From: a virus
Virus record (IMG/VR): IMGVR_UViG_3300023049_000574
Location: 1 to 64,000 of that record
Direction: 5' to 3' (one strand)
DNA length: 64,000 bases
Part shown: positions 41,969 through 51,428 of the stretch, in pieces
Position numbering within the stretch: position 1 is the first letter of the stretch
How the letters are laid out: the number at the start of each line of letters is the position of its first letter
Notes under the pieces: generated by a model
What the model was told of the DNA's origin: nothing
The model's input: only the letters and a program-made list of their open reading frames with translations
The model's database searches: none
Position numbers and translations under genes: made by a program

Positions 41969-42307
41969 ATGGAATTAGATAAAGATAAAAATGGTAATAT
42001 TATACTCAGAAAAGTATACAATGGTGTAGGTTTTGAAACAGAAGGTGGTGAAAAATTGTCTGTCTGTATGAGAGATTCGGGTTATGAATTCACTTATAAT
42101 GATATTACCTACGAAGCCAAAGATGGTGAGATATCATTGCTAGGTAGCGACGAAGACATCTTAATGGGCATCTTAGAACGAAAGTTAAAAGGCGTTATGG
42201 ATAACCCTAAAGTAGAAAAGAAAGTAAATGAATTTAAAGAAAAACTTGTTAAAGAAGGGGTAGATACTATCTTTAATACGTTCCTAAAAAAGAAAAAGAA
42301 AACATGA
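41969..42307 (+). CDS. hypothetical protein
   Basis: ORF. Confidence 0.65.
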   Translation: MELDKDKNGNIILRKVYNGVGFETEGGEKLSVCMRDSGYEFTYNDITYEAKDGEISLLGSDEDILMGILERKLKGVMDNPKVEKKVNEFKEKLVKEGVDTIFNTFLKKKKKT

Positions 42308-43068
42308 AAAAGATAAGAAAATCAGTATTTGAAACAAATAGTTCTAGTTCCCACGTGCTTCATATCGATGAAGAAACAGAACTAATGGACATATCACTTG
42401 TGCCTAGAGAAGATGGGGTGATAGAAATAACGCCTTCTGATGACTATGGTTGGGAATGGGAAAAGTATAATACGGCTAGAGAGAAAATTATGTATTGTAT
42501 CGTAGACCAAGGGGATAACAATAACTATATGGATATGCTCAAAGAAGTCATCAAAAATCAGACAGGAGCTAAAGAAGTTATTCTACATACTGACCATGAT
42601 TGTTATTTAGATCACGAAAGTGTGGGTACATCACAAAGAGCATTTAACTCCAAGAGCTTACTAAGAAATTTTATTTTCAATAGGAAGTCTGCTGTTTTCA
42701 CAGGTAATGATAATGGTGATCCTGAACCTGAGTTCTATTGTGATAAATACACAGCACCATATAAAATCAGATTGGTGAGTTTGGTAGAATTAAGAGATAA
42801 TCTAATAAATTCAGTTGTTGGTGAAGAAAAAGAAGTGGAGTCAGTAAATGAGTGGATGTATACTTTAAACAAGCCTGAAAACGATTATAATTGGTCAGAT
42901 GATTACATACCCTTTCTAAAAGATTTTGTAGGTACTAGTCCTTGGCTGCGTAATTATGATAGTGAAAATAAGACTATCGAAATCACTGCGGGTAATGACG
43001 GGAGTGTAATTAAATATAAAGTTCAGGTTGAATTAAACGAGGAAAAAAATGAATCTATTCCAATATAA
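42304..43068 (+). CDS. FETNSSS-motif protein, radical-SAM partner
   Basis: IRKSVFETNSSSSH; YLDHES; overlaps the rSAM gene. Confidence 0.7.
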   Translation: MKKIRKSVFETNSSSSHVLHIDEETELMDISLVPREDGVIEITPSDDYGWEWEKYNTAREKIMYCIVDQGDNNNYMDMLKEVIKNQTGAKEVILHTDHDCYLDHESVGTSQRAFNSKSLLRNFIFNRKSAVFTGNDNGDPEPEFYCDKYTAPYKIRLVSLVELRDNLINSVVGEEKEVESVNEWMYTLNKPENDYNWSDDYIPFLKDFVGTSPWLRNYDSENKTIEITAGNDGSVIKYKVQVELNEEKNESIPI

Positions 43069-43924
43069 AAACGGAAACACATTTGTAACGATTAAGGAAG
43101 ATGGTACAAAGATCAGGGAATATGACTCTGATCCTTGTCCATCTTTTCCTGAATCTATGGATATTAAGATAACAAACTATTGTTCTCTTTCTAATTATTG
43201 TAAATGGTGTCATGAGGCATCTGATACTAATGGTAAACACGCTGATCTAGATTTCGTGATCACTAAGTTAAATGAACTACCTAGTGGTGTTGAACTAGCT
43301 ATTGGTGGCGGTAATCCATTAGATCATCCTCAGTTAGAAGAATTTTTGACTAAGGTTAGAGATCTTGGTATTATTGCTAATATTACTGTTAACCAACTTC
43401 ACGTTAAGAAGCATTTTGGTCAGATCGTTGACCTAATTGAAAACGATTTGATTAAAGGTCTTGGTATTAGCTATAATGGCAATAATATAAAGGAAACTAA
43501 AGCTTTAGTTAAGATGACTAATAATGTAGTATTCCATGTTATCGCAGGTGTTAATACATTACAAGATCTTCAAGACATCTCTGAAATACATAATAAGGTA
43601 TTGGTACTAGGATATAAACAATTCAGAAAAGGAGAGAAATATTTTTCTGATGCTGTCCAAGATAATATTGATCAGTGGTATAGGAGGCTTCCATTATTTT
43701 TCAAGAAACTTATTATCAGCTTTGATAATCTAGCAATTACCCAATTAAACCTAAGAAGGTATTTCACTGATAAGAGTTGGGAAACCTTTTATATGGGCGA
43801 TGACGGAACATTCACATATTACATTGATGCCGTAAATAAAACATATGGGAGGAATTCTACTTCTAGTGAAACTTTTGATCTGACTACTAAATCTATAAAA
43901 GAAAGTTTCGGAGAGTTTACTTAA
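43049..43924 (+). CDS. radical SAM protein
   Basis: DIKITNYC-x5-CKWCHE (Cx5Cx2C variant); ELAIGGGNP. Confidence 0.88.
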   Translation: MNLFQYKNGNTFVTIKEDGTKIREYDSDPCPSFPESMDIKITNYCSLSNYCKWCHEASDTNGKHADLDFVITKLNELPSGVELAIGGGNPLDHPQLEEFLTKVRDLGIIANITVNQLHVKKHFGQIVDLIENDLIKGLGISYNGNNIKETKALVKMTNNVVFHVIAGVNTLQDLQDISEIHNKVLVLGYKQFRKGEKYFSDAVQDNIDQWYRRLPLFFKKLIISFDNLAITQLNLRRYFTDKSWETFYMGDDGTFTYYIDAVNKTYGRNSTSSETFDLTTKSIKESFGEFT

Positions 43925-43934
43925 TATATACTGT

Positions 43935-44978
43935 ATGTATATGTTTGAAACGTTTAAGTCACAAAAAGACTTAGAGAAATTAGCCAATGAGATATTATTA
44001 AAAGTAGCAGAGAAAACCTTTGACTACCATAATAAGATTTATTGGAATCCGAAAGTAAATTTTGATGGTGAGTATTGGAAAGACCGTGACTTCAATCCTG
44101 AGGATATGCTTAATATTAAGTATAGAGCATATGGTGTACCCGAAGGTTGGGTAGATGGTGCTATATATCAAGTAGCCTACTGCAGTTCATCACAATTATA
44201 TTTTCACGGATATAATAAAATATTCAATCACGGAGATCTTAAATTAGAATGGGCAGAAGAAAATAAATACGTTTTCGCTAAATTAGAACCTGTTTATCTA
44301 AGTGAGACAAAGGTTGATTTGGATGAAATAAGTAATATGTTACTTGTTAAAGACGTTAAGATAAATTTTTCTGAAACTAAATCAAAAGATAATAAAGGAA
44401 CTTTTATAGACGGTGAGTTTCCTTCCATTTACTTATATTATAACCCTAATGTTTTTAAATCTCTAAGAGATAAAAAAAAGAGATCCGATAATTTCACATA
44501 CAAAGATATATACTTTGATATCTTCTATGATTTCTTTTCTTCCCTATTACATGAATTACAACATGCTTACGATAGTTATAGAAGCGGAGGGGAAGCTTTT
44601 GATAAACAGATTAAGGACGAAAAATATAGAGAAGAACTTAAAAAGAAACAAACCCTTTTACAGAGGCGTGAAGAATTGGTTGAGGATGAAATAAACTTTG
44701 TTAACAGTGTTTCTAAAAAATACCTTAATTTCCCACATGAAATAAACGCAAGATTCACACAAGCAGTTAAGGATACTAGTTTTTGGGAATTTGATGTTGA
44801 TGTTGAAAAAGAAGAAGAAATTTCCAAGATGATAGATTTCAGAAAAGTGTTCAAAGATTTCAAAAGAAAATTTGATGGGTGGAATATATTAAGCGAAGAA
44901 GATAAATATAAACTCAGAAGGAAACTATCTCAGTTTTGGTATTTAGAAAAAGATTGGATAAAAAAGAAAAATATATAA
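43935..44978 (+). CDS. putative zincin metallopeptidase (HExxH), late gene
   Basis: LLHELQHAYD...PHEINARF; late motif; MYMFETF start. Confidence 0.65.
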   Translation: MYMFETFKSQKDLEKLANEILLKVAEKTFDYHNKIYWNPKVNFDGEYWKDRDFNPEDMLNIKYRAYGVPEGWVDGAIYQVAYCSSSQLYFHGYNKIFNHGDLKLEWAEENKYVFAKLEPVYLSETKVDLDEISNMLLVKDVKINFSETKSKDNKGTFIDGEFPSIYLYYNPNVFKSLRDKKKRSDNFTYKDIYFDIFYDFFSSLLHELQHAYDSYRSGGEAFDKQIKDEKYREELKKKQTLLQRREELVEDEINFVNSVSKKYLNFPHEINARFTQAVKDTSFWEFDVDVEKEEEISKMIDFRKVFKDFKRKFDGWNILSEEDKYKLRRKLSQFWYLEKDWIKKKNI

Positions 44979-44984
44979 ATCATA

Positions 44985-45359
44985 ATGGAATATATTAAAG
45001 AATATAATAGTAGAGTAACAATAGAATGTGCTAATAAATATAGTGGTCATGGTGAACTAGCACAGGGGTATGATTTTGATAAAATGTATAAACAAGCCAT
45101 CCGTGATAAAAAAAGAACGATCCAAGAAGAATTAAATAATGATGTAGTAGATTATACTACTTATATCGGGGTTAATTCTAACGATAAATTTGCTATTGTT
45201 TATATGACAAGGGAGTATTTCGATTACATAAAGACACTTCCTTCCGATAAATACACTGACCAATTTGTAAACGCTGCTAAAGATTTCATGGAATCGGGTG
45301 GCGAACCTAAGGTTTATTCTTATAGCGACCAAACTGAAATGAGATTATTTGAAGATTAA
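44985..45359 (+). CDS. hypothetical protein, CTS-like start (MEYIKEYN)
   Basis: ORF; AATATATA 7 nt upstream. Confidence 0.7.
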   Translation: MEYIKEYNSRVTIECANKYSGHGELAQGYDFDKMYKQAIRDKKRTIQEELNNDVVDYTTYIGVNSNDKFAIVYMTREYFDYIKTLPSDKYTDQFVNAAKDFMESGGEPKVYSYSDQTEMRLFED

Positions 45360-45370
45360 ACATAATAATT

Positions 45371-46036
45371 TTAATTTAGGTATTGGTCATTTATCTTAGA
45401 TCCCATTTTCATTTTGATTTTTTGAATCATATTATCATATATTAACTTAAGTTCTTTCGTGCCGCCTTCTTTCTGATCATTAACAATATCTTCTACACTG
45501 ACATTTATATCAATATTTAAATCCGCTAATACTTCTTCCGTAAACATATCTAACATATACCTATAATCTTCTCTATAACTGTAAATTTCTTTCACGAATA
45601 ATCCATAAGTAGGTAAAGTTATTGATTTAACATATTTTTTGAAACCAATATGGTTTACTCCCTTTCTTAAGAGAATAGCTTCTTCGCTTTCATCATCTAC
45701 GTGTTTTTCTTTATCTAAACTTGAAAACCAATTAACAGGGAGTACTTTAAAATTATCTGTTAACTTATCAACATCAAGTTCAACCATACTGCTTAGGGAA
45801 TTTAAAATCCCATGATTCTTTTTATATAAATATTTGTTTCTAGTAGTAGATATATACAAAGGATACTTTTCTTCTAAATCCATCATCCTTTGTTCGTTTC
45901 CTATGTTATCTACATATAGGTCATCTAGTGGTTTACCCGTTTCTATCTTATCGGATTCGATGATCATATAAAGAGCCGTTAATGATGTAAAATGATATAA
46001 CGAGCCGTAATTTTTTCTTTCTAATAAAAATTTCAT
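45371..46036 (-). CDS. ADP-ribosyltransferase-fold-like protein (LYHFTS...STTRN...ESEE)
   Basis: Paralogue of 27052; MKFLLE start; late motif. Confidence 0.55.
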   Translation of the reverse strand: MKFLLERKNYGSLYHFTSLTALYMIIESDKIETGKPLDDLYVDNIGNEQRMMDLEEKYPLYISTTRNKYLYKKNHGILNSLSSMVELDVDKLTDNFKVLPVNWFSSLDKEKHVDDESEEAILLRKGVNHIGFKKYVKSITLPTYGLFVKEIYSYREDYRYMLDMFTEEVLADLNIDINVSVEDIVNDQKEGGTKELKLIYDNMIQKIKMKMGSKINDQYLN

Positions 46037-46116
46037 AACCTATATATTAAATCTGCGTATAAACAATAATATATATAACACTATAACGGAATAGTTATAA
46101 CCAATAAAATGTTGAT

Positions 46117-47973
46117 ATGTGGGAAGGTGTAATAATATTAGCTGCGATAGCTTTCATTTTCGATGGTATAAAGGTACTTATAGAATCATATAATGAACCT
46201 ATTAAATATGAAGGTAAGAGAAATAAAAAAGAAACAACAGCAGTAGTTTCAGTATATAATAGCCTAGATATATTAGAATCAATAGATTCAATAAAAAGAG
46301 AATTCGGTTCTATTATTATTATAAATGATGGTAGTAATGATGGAACAGAGGATATCTTATTTAATATGGGTAAAACTATAGACAAAGAAGAAACACCATT
46401 TGGTTGGTTATATACTAAGAAATACAAGCGAATGAATATTAAACTTTTATTCAATAAAGAGAATAAAGGTAAAGTCAATTCTATACATAGCGGATTAGAA
46501 TATGTAGACACTAAATATGTATTTATATGTGATGATGATATAAAGTTATCGGAAGACTTCGAACTACCTGTTTCATTATTAGAATCTGATCAAGCAGATG
46601 CGGTTTCATTCTTTGTTTTACCTGAACCTAATAATAGCAAGCTGTGGTACAACCTACAACTTCATGAATATATCAAGTCTATGCAAATAGGTAGACGATA
46701 TGCAGCTAACTCTAAAACAGTTGAATGTGTATCAGGTTGTTCGGGTTTATTTAAAACAGAAAGGATACAAAAATTCTCAAAGGAACATAGTTCGAAATGG
46801 GAAGGAGAAGACTTAGAAAGAACATTAATAGAACTAACACATGGCGGTAGAATAGTTTATTCTGAACAATTAATATTTACTGATGTGCCGAAAACTTTTA
46901 TATCATTAGCTAAACAACGTATATTCTCGTGGTGGGGTGGGTTATATAGAAACTTTGGGTTGTTCTTAAAAATATTAAGATCAAAGAAACAACCATTAAG
47001 ACTTCGTTTAGAAGTGTTATACAACATCATTAGTTTAATATTAGATCCGATTAAATTATTTTCTTTGTTATATATGCTATATACACTTAATTGGGTATCA
47101 ATAACTACAGTGTATATAATATACGCATACTTTGAATCGTTTATGTGGGAAACCTATTCAACCGAAACTAAATATAAGCCACATTCGACATACACATTAA
47201 TATATCCGTTTTATGGTTTTTTCCAATTAATATTCAGAGCATTAGCAGGTTTGTATATGTTAAAGAACTATATGGATAAAAAACTTTTAACTACTTTAAT
47301 AACAATATTCATATCTTCTGTTCCTTTATTGGCTCAACAAGATAGTGTTGAAGTTAAACAAGATAGTGTTGAAGCTAAACCTGATTGGACTATATCATAT
47401 AATCATGCTCAGTACGGATTTGATAATGAAATAGGATCTCCTAATAATAATCTTTATGTGGGTTGGAGAAATTATTATGCATCTGTTAACAACGGGTTGT
47501 TTGATCAAGTAATGATTGGAACATATTATAAAAGGTTTCAGTTTGATATTAGTGTGGGTAGGGAAGTGATTATACCAACTTTAAGATATGAACAATGGTT
47601 TGGTGATAATACCCTTATGGCGATGGCTCGGTATAACCAAGGATATAATGGTATAAACACAAACTTATATCCAAATACTTCATTAACAAGTGTTGGTTAT
47701 GGTATGTATAGGGGGAATAATTTCTATTCATTAGAAATTATGCAAGAATTCGAAAGGGAATATGCTACTACATTAATTGCAACAGTGAAACAAGAAATAT
47801 TGAATGATTTCAGATCGAAAAGTAAAATATTTGTGAACAATAAAAAAGATTATGTACTCTCACAAGCATTTGAATATAAGATATTTGGATTAGGTTATAT
47901 ATACCACACAGATTTTGACTTCACGGGTAGAGAATTGAGTTGGATTAACGGATATGTTACTGTTAAATTCTAG
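46117..47973 (+). CDS. GT2 processive polysaccharide synthase (PgaC/IcaA-like) fused to a putative outer-membrane beta-barrel
   Basis: INDGSNDGT, ENKGK, DDD, VSGC, GED, QRxxxW and TM helices; then a signal-like segment and amphipathic strands ending YVTVKF. Confidence 0.8.
   Translation: MWEGVIILAAIAFIFDGIKVLIESYNEPIKYEGKRNKKETTAVVSVYNSLDILESIDSIKREFGSIIIINDGSNDGTEDILFNMGKTIDKEETPFGWLYTKKYKRMNIKLLFNKENKGKVNSIHSGLEYVDTKYVFICDDDIKLSEDFELPVSLLESDQADAVSFFVLPEPNNSKLWYNLQLHEYIKSMQIGRRYAANSKTVECVSGCSGLFKTERIQKFSKEHSSKWEGEDLERTLIELTHGGRIVYSEQLIFTDVPKTFISLAKQRIFSWWGGLYRNFGLFLKILRSKKQPLRLRLEVLYNIISLILDPIKLFSLLYMLYTLNWVSITTVYIIYAYFESFMWETYSTETKYKPHSTYTLIYPFYGFFQLIFRALAGLYMLKNYMDKKLLTTLITIFISSVPLLAQQDSVEVKQDSVEAKPDWTISYNHAQYGFDNEIGSPNNNLYVGWRNYYASVNNGLFDQVMIGTYYKRFQFDISVGREVIIPTLRYEQWFGDNTLMAMARYNQGYNGINTNLYPNTSLTSVGYGMYRGNNFYSLEIMQEFEREYATTLIATVKQEILNDFRSKSKIFVNNKKDYVLSQAFEYKIFGLGYIYHTDFDFTGRELSWINGYVTVKF
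47338..47379 (+). repeat. 21-nt tandem duplication (QDSVEVK/QDSVEAK)
   Basis: CAAGATAGTGTTGAAG(T/C)TAAA x2. Confidence 0.9.
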
Positions 47974-48451
47974 AACAGTTTGTTATTATTAATTCATCTC
48001 TTAGAAAAAAGGTATCACCACTATATTTGATTATATTGAAATCCTTATATAATTCTCTGATAAATTTACAGTCTTGATAAGATAAGAAAAACTCACCCTT
48101 TATGCCCTTTAAAACATTTCTTAGTTCTGTGTGGAATACACCATCACCCTTTATTAAATCGTATAGATGTTCTTTGTTATAGTACGGTGGGTCTAAATAA
48201 AACACAGTTTGTTCTGAATCAAATTCAGCCATCACTTTTTTGTAGTCTTGGTGCGATTTGATATCTGCTTCTATATCAAAATCATATTGGTGTATATCAT
48301 TATACACAAGAGTGTCAGGTCTATTCTCTAAATAAGTAGACATATTAAATGTGCCACCAAATGGCTCAACATATGTTTTGATATTTTTTGGTAAATATTC
48401 TTTTAGGAAATCAGTGTAATGTGGTTTTCTTTTTTCGCCTACTAGTTTCAT
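47963..48451 (-). CDS. compact Dam/D12-class adenine methyltransferase
   Basis: YVEPFGG, VYND, FYLDPPY, LSY, ELIITN; target-recognition region largely missing. Confidence 0.8.
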   Translation of the reverse strand: MKLVGEKRKPHYTDFLKEYLPKNIKTYVEPFGGTFNMSTYLENRPDTLVYNDIHQYDFDIEADIKSHQDYKKVMAEFDSEQTVFYLDPPYYNKEHLYDLIKGDGVFHTELRNVLKGIKGEFFLSYQDCKFIRELYKDFNIIKYSGDTFFLRDELIITNCSRI

Positions 48452-49218
48452 TTGATAACTCGGTTTAAGTCCTTAATCATATTCTTTAGTTTGTTAGAAC
48501 CTAAATGTCTATCAAGTTCAGCAAAAAATTTACTATCCTTATATAATCTAAGAATTATATTTTGGATAATTTCTATATTGTTATTATCGATCTTTATACG
48601 AAATTGGTTCAATAAACACTTAACTTCTTCTATATCTCTTATAGCAGTTGTATAATCTAATCTACCTTCTGTTACATCGGGATAACAATGTACTAAATTT
48701 TTTAAATACATAGTACCACTTAATAGCCCTACGTCTTCAATCGTTGTTGGGAAATTTGATAACACTTCCATGGGATAATAATCACTGAAAAAGGAATATT
48801 CTAATGCGTATGGTATTTCAACAACAGTGCCGATAAGTTTAGAATCTTCTATGTAGTCTTCATGATCGGTATCTATTTTACCATTGCCTTCTTCGTCTGT
48901 ATAGAAATAACTATCTTCTACTTCTTCTTTCGTAAGTAATTTACCTAACTCTAATCTATACTCCGTACCAACTTCATTTGGTAAAATGATACCGTTTTTT
49001 TTAGTATAATCTCCTTGATTAACACTAAGTACACCTAGATTATTATCAGCAAGGACTGATCTAATGTCTTTAACCATTGGCATATTAGTTATCTTATCTA
49101 ACTTTTTTTGAATTTCTTTTCTTTTAGTGGGGCTAATAGTTTTACCTGACCAACCATCTAGACTGCTCTTGTTAACAACTTTCATATTTTCGTTAAATGT
49201 ATCGATGTGTTTTCTCAT
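48448..49218 (-). CDS. hypothetical protein, CTS-like start (MRKHIDTFNE)
   Basis: Late motif 4 nt upstream. Confidence 0.75.
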   Translation of the reverse strand: MRKHIDTFNENMKVVNKSSLDGWSGKTISPTKRKEIQKKLDKITNMPMVKDIRSVLADNNLGVLSVNQGDYTKKNGIILPNEVGTEYRLELGKLLTKEEVEDSYFYTDEEGNGKIDTDHEDYIEDSKLIGTVVEIPYALEYSFFSDYYPMEVLSNFPTTIEDVGLLSGTMYLKNLVHCYPDVTEGRLDYTTAIRDIEEVKCLLNQFRIKIDNNNIEIIQNIILRLYKDSKFFAELDRHLGSNKLKNMIKDLNRVIK

Positions 49219-49228
49219 GTATTATATA

Positions 49229-49522
49229 TTAATCTCCAATTATAGAACTAATTTTATACTCCCTTAGTGCTATTTTTAGTTCTCTGTTTACTTTCTCTGT
49301 TATATCATTGGGTGCGTGTAATTGGAAGTATGTAACATCACCTGTTGCAAAATTGAAGTAAACCCTACTGTCTATATATTTCTGAGAAGAAAAAATCTGA
49401 ACATCGTAAATGAATTTTAGATAGTTGATCCTTTCATCTGTAGCCCCACCATGGCTATATTCATCTTCTAGACGAAAACCATTCTTTATTAATATACCAT
49501 AATATACTTCATATTCTTCCAT
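49229..49522 (-). CDS. hypothetical protein with LREYKISSII tag
   Basis: Start moved to MEEYE (49522). Confidence 0.65.
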   Translation of the reverse strand: MEEYEVYYGILIKNGFRLEDEYSHGGATDERINYLKFIYDVQIFSSQKYIDSRVYFNFATGDVTYFQLHAPNDITEKVNRELKIALREYKISSIIGD

Positions 49523-49721
49523 AATTAATCTTACCGATATTATCTTCGTCTTCAAAGGTAGGAGTAACACTAATTATTTCAGCTACCCCATCTCCCATAC
49601 TACCCATAGGAACAGCTTCTTCGACTTGCCATTCTTCCCAATCACTTGGGCATCTAGCAGTAGTCTACCTATAATTACCCTCACAAGAAGTATATTCTAT
49701 CTTCCAATATTCGTATTCCAT
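49509..49721 (-). pseudogene. 70-codon ORF interrupted by one in-frame TAG (49665-49667)
   Basis: MEYEYWKIEYTSCEGNYR*TTARCPSDWEEWQVEEAVPMG...NYGRI; TATATTTG-N4-ATG upstream. Confidence 0.6.
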
Positions 49722-49734
49722 TAAGCAAATATAG

Positions 49735-49956
49735 CTAAAATATGCGCATGAATCCCTTATTTACGCCTAAAAAATCACCTATTTGATAATCATAACCATA
49801 TTCCTTGATACAACTAATAACTAGATCTTTCATATCTTCTGAGTTACCTGTTATAATTATAAGCTCGTTTCTATCATAATACTTACATATAAACTGATCA
49901 ATCTTACTACTTACCTCACTATGTCTTGTATTATGTAAATCTAATTCAGGTATCAT
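49735..49956 (-). CDS. stand-alone Smr domain protein
   Basis: ELDLH...IITG...N.G. Confidence 0.8.
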   Translation of the reverse strand: MIPELDLHNTRHSEVSSKIDQFICKYYDRNELIIITGNSEDMKDLVISCIKEYGYDYQIGDFLGVNKGFMRIF

Positions 49957-50004
49957 TAAACAAATTACTTATTTTTTGATATATAGTAAAAAGTATAATT
50001 CATT

Positions 50005-51123
50005 ATGGGTAAAGTCTATTTATCGACTGATTGGCACTTCGGTGTATATAAAGTAAACTTAAATAAATGGTTGAATATCCAACTAGATTATTTTTATAAA
50101 GAATTTATACCACACCTTAAAAAAACATCAGAGAAAGGAGATATTCTAATTATGTTAGGTGATCTATTTGATGATAGAACAAGTGTGCCGATTATTGTTC
50201 AAAATAAAGTAGAGCAATTATTAATAGATATAGCTGATATCTTACCGATTCACTTAATCGTTGGAAACCATGATTGTTGGAACAAAGGTAATAATGAGAT
50301 TAATAGCCCTAGACTATTCAGACATTTAGATAATGTACATATCTATGATAGTACACATGTTCTAGAAATGGGCGGTAAGAAATTAGTACTAATGCCTTGG
50401 GTTGAACATAGAGATGATATGATCCAAGCTATTAAAGATAACCAAGGAGATTATTTATTTTGCCATAGTGATTTAAATGGGTGTAGAATGCACTTATCAA
50501 GTGTCGCACATAGAAACAGTAGTAAGATAGAAGTTGATGAATTTAGTGGGTATATAAGGGTGTTCAGTGGTCATATCCATATACGTCAAATACATAAAAA
50601 CTTTGAATTCATTGGCGCACCATATCAGATGGATCGTAATGACTATCATGATAATAAGGGTATGACTATATTAGATCTCGGAACAGGTGAAACTGAATTC
50701 ATAGAAAACACAATTAGCCCAACATTTAAGAAACATAAGATTGAGAAAGACGGTGATATTCTTTTATTAGCTCATATTGATACCAAAAAACATTTTGTTG
50801 ATTTAGAAATAAATAACTCTGTATTAGTTGGTAAGAGAAAGAATAGAAAGTTATTAGAGGAACACTTGAGTAATAAACAATTTTCTTCTGTTCAGTATAT
50901 CAATGATTTGGTTAAGGAAAGAAAGAAGAATGATGAGGTTGAGATAGAAGATGTAGATATTGCGGATCTTCAATTTGACGACTTCGATAAAACTATTATT
51001 AAGTATGTTGAACATCAATCCTATGAAACAAAGGATATTAAAGAAGGTGTTGGATCGGAGCTAGAGAAAGTTCTAAATATATATAATAAAGAACATAAAT
51101 TTAAAAGTGATGAACAACAATAA
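50005..51123 (+). CDS. SbcD/Mre11-like recombination nuclease (T4 gp47-like)
   Basis: TDWHFG, LGDLFD, VGNHD, FCH, SGHIH, GAPYQ. Confidence 0.9.
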   Translation: MGKVYLSTDWHFGVYKVNLNKWLNIQLDYFYKEFIPHLKKTSEKGDILIMLGDLFDDRTSVPIIVQNKVEQLLIDIADILPIHLIVGNHDCWNKGNNEINSPRLFRHLDNVHIYDSTHVLEMGGKKLVLMPWVEHRDDMIQAIKDNQGDYLFCHSDLNGCRMHLSSVAHRNSSKIEVDEFSGYIRVFSGHIHIRQIHKNFEFIGAPYQMDRNDYHDNKGMTILDLGTGETEFIENTISPTFKKHKIEKDGDILLLAHIDTKKHFVDLEINNSVLVGKRKNRKLLEEHLSNKQFSSVQYINDLVKERKKNDEVEIEDVDIADLQFDDFDKTIIKYVEHQSYETKDIKEGVGSELEKVLNIYNKEHKFKSDEQQ

Positions 51124-51286
51124 AGAAAAGATAAACGCAGAAGACCTATTATCGAAAACACTAGCAGGGGAGCTTAGTAAAGAAATAGATAAAATGATAA
51201 TCGAGGATTTGAAAGAAATGGCAACACAAATGAAAATCGAAGACAGGGATAAGTTTATCGATAGTATATTAAAGGGAAAGAAATAA
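51110..51286 (+). CDS. 58-aa protein with capsid-like helix and RDKFIDSIL tag (not in ORF track)
   Basis: MNNNKEKINAEDLLSKTLAGELSKEIDKMII...EDRDKFIDSILKGKK. Confidence 0.7.
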   Translation: MNNNKEKINAEDLLSKTLAGELSKEIDKMIIEDLKEMATQMKIEDRDKFIDSILKGKK

Positions 51287-51287
51287 A

Positions 51288-51428
51288 ATGAGGAATAGGA
51301 AAAAGAAATTAATAATGGGTGGATACACACCTAAGGCTGCTATATTAGCCAAGAAGGTGAAAGAACGTAGGTTAAAAATAGCCAAACGAAATAAAATAAT
51401 AGATCGGATATTAAATGATAAAAAATGA
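51288..51428 (+). CDS. 46-aa basic protein with KRNKIIDRIL tag (not in ORF track)
   Basis: MRNRKKKLIMGGYTPK...KRNKIIDRILNDKK. Confidence 0.65.
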   Translation: MRNRKKKLIMGGYTPKAAILAKKVKERRLKIAKRNKIIDRILNDKK

